From Cyanobacteriota bacterium (GTDB lineage: Bacteria; Cyanobacteriota; Cyanobacteriia; Elainellales; Elainellaceae), in the NCBI GenBank assembly GCA_046719575.1, contig JBDNCP010000002.1:2689-66688 (forward strand): 64,000 nt of DNA, given 5' to 3'. The translations under genes were made by a program, and so were the position numbers. Every line of letters begins with the position of its first letter. Within the stretch, counting starts at the first letter, position 1. This document shows positions 60,248 to 64,000 of the stretch, one piece after another. Under the pieces are notes generated by a model, which saw nothing but the letters and a program-made list of their open reading frames with translations, did not search any database and had not been told where the DNA came from.

Positions 60248-61624
60248 CTATCTCCTTGCTAAAGCTTTATAGAAGTTTTCAGTAATAAGTCCCGGCGCGG
60301 CCAGCCGTCGATCTAGCGCGTGGCGAGAGGCGCAGATCAGGAAGCGTTCGGGAATGATGCCCGGATCGTTGCCTTTGGCCAGCCGCTGCCCCGCTTCTTC
60401 GATGATTTGCTGGTGGTGCGGTTTGAAGCCGGTGACCTCTGCCAGCGATCGCCCGCCCAGTTCGCCATAAGGCGTGTAGCAAATCGTATCGACGACCAGC
60501 TTGTGGGCCCGATCGAAGGTTTGCAGCACGGCGGGTGGAATCGTACCCGCACGCGGATTGGGATACAGGCGCTTCCAGATGCGGTTGTAATAGTCCGCCA
60601 TTTGCGGAAAGCCCATCCGCCGCAATAGCTCCGTGCTGATGAACACGCGCAGGTAGGGCGTGGGATGGGGCGCACCGGGGTGAAAGAAGAGGGTGCTTTG
60701 GGGCGATCGCGAGGCAATGTCCATCAGCGAGGCGACGATGTAGGGGCCGCCCAGCAGCAGCCCCGACATATCCGCAAAGGTTTCGCTGTGCCATTTTGTC
60801 CACACGGCTGCCACATCCGGGGATAACCCCGCCTTCAGCAACCGATGGGCGATCGCCTTGGGCAGGGTTTGCCGCAGCCCCAGATCGGTCTGCAAGTTGT
60901 GGGCGACTTCGTGCAAAATCGCCCCCAGCGTCCAGGGATTCACCAGGCGGTGATAGGGCAGTTGGATCAGCGGAAACGGATTGAGCTGCTGGCTCAGCTT
61001 GGTCAGGGGAATGCCGCGCCGGAAGGTGGCGGGCGAAAACCCCGTCTTGACATAGGAGAAGGGCGGCGGAGCCGGGATCGACTTCGCCTTGCCCAGGCCC
61101 ATGTACACGTCCTGATAGCAGTCAAGCGCGATGCGATCGCACCCCAACAGCCAGGGCGCAAACTGGCTCTGCCGCTGCCCAAATAGCTCAAAGTAAAAGT
61201 CCCAGATTTGCTCGATCTTCCGCACCAGATCATGAGCCTGATCTTTGCGGGCGATCATCTGTTGCAGATGAGCCGTAGCGGGCTGGGCGATCGCCGCCTG
61301 AGTGCTGCCAGACACGGTTTTGGAGACACCCTGGAGGTGCGATCGCAATCGAGCAATAAGCTGGTTTACCGCGTCGATATGGGCATCGCTGGGGCTGGCC
61401 GCATCGGAGCCAAACTCACCCTGCCGGAAGGGGCGCAGCGCCGCTACATGGCGTGCCACGTTAATCGCCTGCGCCCGCAGCCAGGGGTCGAGGTTGGGCG
61501 GCTCCACAAAGCGGGCGATCGCCTGAGGCTCAGGCATGGTTTCCTGATATAGCTCGGCAAGCGCTAGCCGTGTTGCTCGATACGGGTCTATCCCGTTCTT
61601 TGATCCGTTCGTAAACCCATTCAT
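60248..61624 (-). CDS. Putative gluzincin-type zinc metallopeptidase (458 aa)
   Basis: ILHEVAH (aa 238-242), ETFAD about 40 aa later, then GGP and HP.PYLR; GGGAG RBS. Confidence 0.75.
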   Translation of the reverse strand: MNGFTNGSKNGIDPYRATRLALAELYQETMPEPQAIARFVEPPNLDPWLRAQAINVARHVAALRPFRQGEFGSDAASPSDAHIDAVNQLIARLRSHLQGVSKTVSGSTQAAIAQPATAHLQQMIARKDQAHDLVRKIEQIWDFYFELFGQRQSQFAPWLLGCDRIALDCYQDVYMGLGKAKSIPAPPPFSYVKTGFSPATFRRGIPLTKLSQQLNPFPLIQLPYHRLVNPWTLGAILHEVAHNLQTDLGLRQTLPKAIAHRLLKAGLSPDVAAVWTKWHSETFADMSGLLLGGPYIVASLMDIASRSPQSTLFFHPGAPHPTPYLRVFISTELLRRMGFPQMADYYNRIWKRLYPNPRAGTIPPAVLQTFDRAHKLVVDTICYTPYGELGGRSLAEVTGFKPHHQQIIEEAGQRLAKGNDPGIIPERFLICASRHALDRRLAAPGLITENFYKALARR

Positions 61625-61690
61625 GCCACAACTCCCGATTGCATTCCAATCAACTGCACGCGGATATCCTTAAACCCGCAAGGCTTTTGC

Positions 61691-62524
61691 CTATACGAAG
61701 GCCCGCTTGCGTGCGCTGCAACTGCACTGGCGGCTGTGAATCTGGCGCGATCGCTTCATCACAGCAGAGGCGCGGCGCGGATTGCCCAACACCTGCGCCA
61801 CATTGCCAGCCACCGTCCGCGCTGCTACGCGAGCGTTTACGGGCTGTCCTTTAGCGACGCGCTGCGCCAGGGTTGCCATGCTGCTGCGGGCGATCGTGGG
61901 GAAGGTGCGAACCAGCGGACGGGTCTGAGGGTTTTGGAGCAGCGCCCGACCGGCCTGAGCCAGAGGACGAATAACCTGGGGAACCACGCGAGAGATGACG
62001 GGTGCGGCTGCGCTGAGGCCCCGCGCCACCATTGGAATCAATGCGCCAATGAAGGCTTCGGCTTCGGCTTCGCTCTGGCTGTTGGCCGCCATGTGGGCCA
62101 GATGCTCAGCCATCACCTCATACTCGCTGGCCGGCGCGGTTTCAAATTCGGGCAGCACTTCAGGATGCTGCTCATATTCATACTCAAACTCGCCATCGCC
62201 CCCAAAGGCGCTGCCCAATCCCCGCAGCAGATTGCCAATAAAGGGATCGCCTTCGTATTCGCCTTCCAGTTCAAACTCGTTCAGGGGTGTTTCATACTCC
62301 ATCTCAAATTCGCGCTGGCCCCGGCGGCGACGGCGACGACGAAATAGCCCGCCGATTGCTTGAATGGCCATCGGTGCAGCCGCTTTAAGAATAGGAGCTA
62401 GCAAGGGCAAAAACTCTTCGCTCTCGTATTCGTACTCGTATGCGCGATCGCTTTCACCCAGAACGGCTGATTCAAATTCTGATTCCAGTTCTCGATCCAG
62501 GGTTTCAAGTTCGTACTGATACAT
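61691..62524 (-). CDS. Acidic/basic block protein B (277 aa) with E/Y/F-rich spacers and amphipathic segments
   Basis: AAGGAG RBS. Contains EYESEEFLPLLAPILK, R7, EYEGDPFIG and SEAEAEAFIG. The C-terminal half aligns with the gene at 62606. Confidence 0.88.
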   Translation of the reverse strand: MYQYELETLDRELESEFESAVLGESDRAYEYEYESEEFLPLLAPILKAAAPMAIQAIGGLFRRRRRRRGQREFEMEYETPLNEFELEGEYEGDPFIGNLLRGLGSAFGGDGEFEYEYEQHPEVLPEFETAPASEYEVMAEHLAHMAANSQSEAEAEAFIGALIPMVARGLSAAAPVISRVVPQVIRPLAQAGRALLQNPQTRPLVRTFPTIARSSMATLAQRVAKGQPVNARVAARTVAGNVAQVLGNPRRASAVMKRSRQIHSRQCSCSARKRAFV

Positions 62525-62605
62525 GAGTTAGGGTCTCCTTTTGCAGTGATGTTTGGTTGAAAGTCAAAAGTTGAAAATCGAAAATAGAACAAGACTCCAG
62601 TGCGA

Positions 62606-63481
62606 CTAGCCCCGTACTTTCTTGCGGGCAACTGGAGCAGGTTGGTTCACTTTCTGCGCGACTTTGGCAGAATTGGCGACAATTCGAGCAGCGGTCATGG
62701 GATTTTTGAGCGCTTTGCGGGTTTGGGCGGCCATCACCTGAGCCACGACCGGGCGGGTAATTGGCTTGCCCTGCGCGGCTTTCTGAGTCAACACTTGCCC
62801 CGTCCGCATAGCGACCGTCGGCAAAATTCGCACCAGCGGTCGAGTCGTCGGGTTTTGGCGTAGCCCCCGCGTCAGTTGGGCGCTGGCCTTAACGATCGCC
62901 GGAATTTGCTTTTGCACCGCAGCCGCTTTGGTCGGCAACACGCGAGTCACAGCAGCCCCCGCAAAGGCCTCGGCTTCGGCTTCGTTTTGGGCTTTGGCAG
63001 CAGCGCCGGCCAGCGCTTCGGCAACGGCTTCCATCTGCGGCGTGGCGACAGACTCAAACTCGCCCGCCCATTCCCCTTCAAACTCCATCTGTCCGGCCGT
63101 TTCATATTCAAATTCGTACTCGCTCTCGCGCATCATCTGTCCCAGCGCTGCGCCAAGCTGTGGCCCGCCAATGGCATTGCCGATCAGACGAGTGGCATGG
63201 GGAATCACTTTCGGTAGGATGGGTTTGAGCCGCCCAGCAAGACGGCGCACCGTACTCAAAAAGGCTTCACTTTCGTATTCGCCCTCATACTCACTTTCAT
63301 ATTCGCCTTCGTATTCACCTTCGCCCAGTCCGAGGGCATTCATTGCGCCGCCGATGAGTCCACCCAAGAATTCTTCGCCTTCGTATTCATGCTGAACTTC
63401 GTATTCATTTTGCAGGTCATATTCAAATTCGCTTTCAAACTCATTCGTGAGTTCCTGTTGCAGAGTTTCACCGTCCAACAT
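62606..63481 (-). CDS. Acidic/basic block protein A (291 aa), paralogue of the gene at 61691
   Basis: GGAG RBS. Contains EYEGEEFLGG, EYESEAFLST and NEAEAEAFAG. Shares QNP.TRPLVR..PT...G.P...NP with the paralogue. Confidence 0.88.
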   Translation of the reverse strand: MLDGETLQQELTNEFESEFEYDLQNEYEVQHEYEGEEFLGGLIGGAMNALGLGEGEYEGEYESEYEGEYESEAFLSTVRRLAGRLKPILPKVIPHATRLIGNAIGGPQLGAALGQMMRESEYEFEYETAGQMEFEGEWAGEFESVATPQMEAVAEALAGAAAKAQNEAEAEAFAGAAVTRVLPTKAAAVQKQIPAIVKASAQLTRGLRQNPTTRPLVRILPTVAMRTGQVLTQKAAQGKPITRPVVAQVMAAQTRKALKNPMTAARIVANSAKVAQKVNQPAPVARKKVRG

Positions 63482-63866
63482 TGCATCACTCCAATCGAAA
63501 TCAGTTCATCTCTAGCTATAACCCTGCAAAAACAAGTTGAATAGTCGCATTTTTAGATGACATCAGTTTGGATTCATTCAAATGAATGTCATTGATTTGT
63601 ATGACATCAAAAAATCCGCGGTTTCTACACAAAACTTCGCACAGGAGAGCAGGCGTAAAGATTGCCTACTGTTGCACTGTCAGTACCCGCTGGGGGAATG
63701 GCGATCGCCCTGTGAAATCGCTTAAATAAGAGCTATTCGACCAAAAGGGCAAGTCACGTTGAGCAACTTTGGTGTCTTGATAGAGGTCGGCTTATCTCAA
63801 AGATGGAGGCTAAGTTTCAGGGAATCTACATCAGTTCTGAGATTCTTTTCAGGCTTTTAAATAGAC

Positions 63867-64000
63867 ATGATTGATACCCAGAAAAGCAATAAACATGATT
63901 CAGATTCCTTTGATCTGAATCGACTTGAGCGGGACGTATTGACTCGCGTCCTCAGCCAGACAGCCGTATTTTGGAAGCCCATCAAGGTCTTTCAGGACGC
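63867..64000 (+). CDS. 5' end of an ORF divergent from the cluster, truncated by the window edge
   Basis: MIDTQKSNKHDSDSFDLNRLERDVLTRVLSQTAVFWKPIKVFQD is open to the window end. Confidence 0.45.
   Translation, partial: MIDTQKSNKHDSDSFDLNRLERDVLTRVLSQTAVFWKPIKVFQD

Larger units (their letters stand above)
1..64000. repeat. HIP1 octamer GCGATCGC (often GGCGATCGCC) dispersed through the window
   Basis: Many dozens of copies in genes and spacers; locally absent in parts of the EPS cluster. Confidence 0.97.

Noticed and set aside
51287-63481. Idea that the sulfotransferase (or the Wzc kinase) modifies the EYEYE tyrosines of the block proteins, since acidic Tyr contexts are classic sulfation and kinase substrates
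   Set aside because: Four unrelated conserved genes separate the sulfotransferase from the cluster, and nothing in the sequence links them. It is kept only as a remote possibility.
55779-63481. Prophage, contractile injection system or encapsulin interpretation of the six-gene cluster
   Set aside because: No recognisable sheath, tube, baseplate, terminase, integrase or HK97-type motifs, and no att repeats were seen.

Overview
A cyanobacterial chromosomal window. HIP1 GCGATCGC is very frequent, PSRP-3/Ycf65 and heptamer STRR-like repeats are present, and GC is moderately high. A filamentous Leptolyngbya/Thermoleptolyngbya-like host is an inference only. In order, the window holds: a partial cobA, glgB, a 166-bp MITE with intact TIRs and target duplication, a double-ABC ATPase and a DUF3352 protein; an ~18-kb exopolysaccharide cluster (Wzc, ABC exporter, pyruvyl transferase, Fe/2OG dioxygenase, seven glycosyltransferases, Wzy-like and Wzz-like genes) with HIP1-free AT-rich patches; csbD, a DMT transporter, a VTT protein and leuS; an arsenic locus (arsR, pstS, gap, arsJ, acr3, CX5R phosphatase; no arsC); a DEAD-box helicase, M23 peptidase, lysE/lrp, and an M48 peptidase whose last codons overlap tRNA-Leu(CAA); Uma2 genes, dusB, gltX, a small pseudogene, tRNA-Asp(GTC), a TM0106 nuclease, a sulfotransferase, DUF3177, psrp-3 and a HAD hydrolase. 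The most unusual part is a six-gene minus-strand cluster at 55779-63481. It encodes two paralogous proteins built from Glu/Tyr/Phe-rich acidic spacers alternating with amphipathic segments (several cationic) that start with F(L/I/A) and resemble antimicrobial-peptide precursors. It also encodes a gluzincin-type HExxH peptidase, two proteins of unknown function, and a protein with two toxin-like domains joined by the same acidic linker. I do not recognise this as a described system. No CRISPR array, rRNA or transposase gene was seen.
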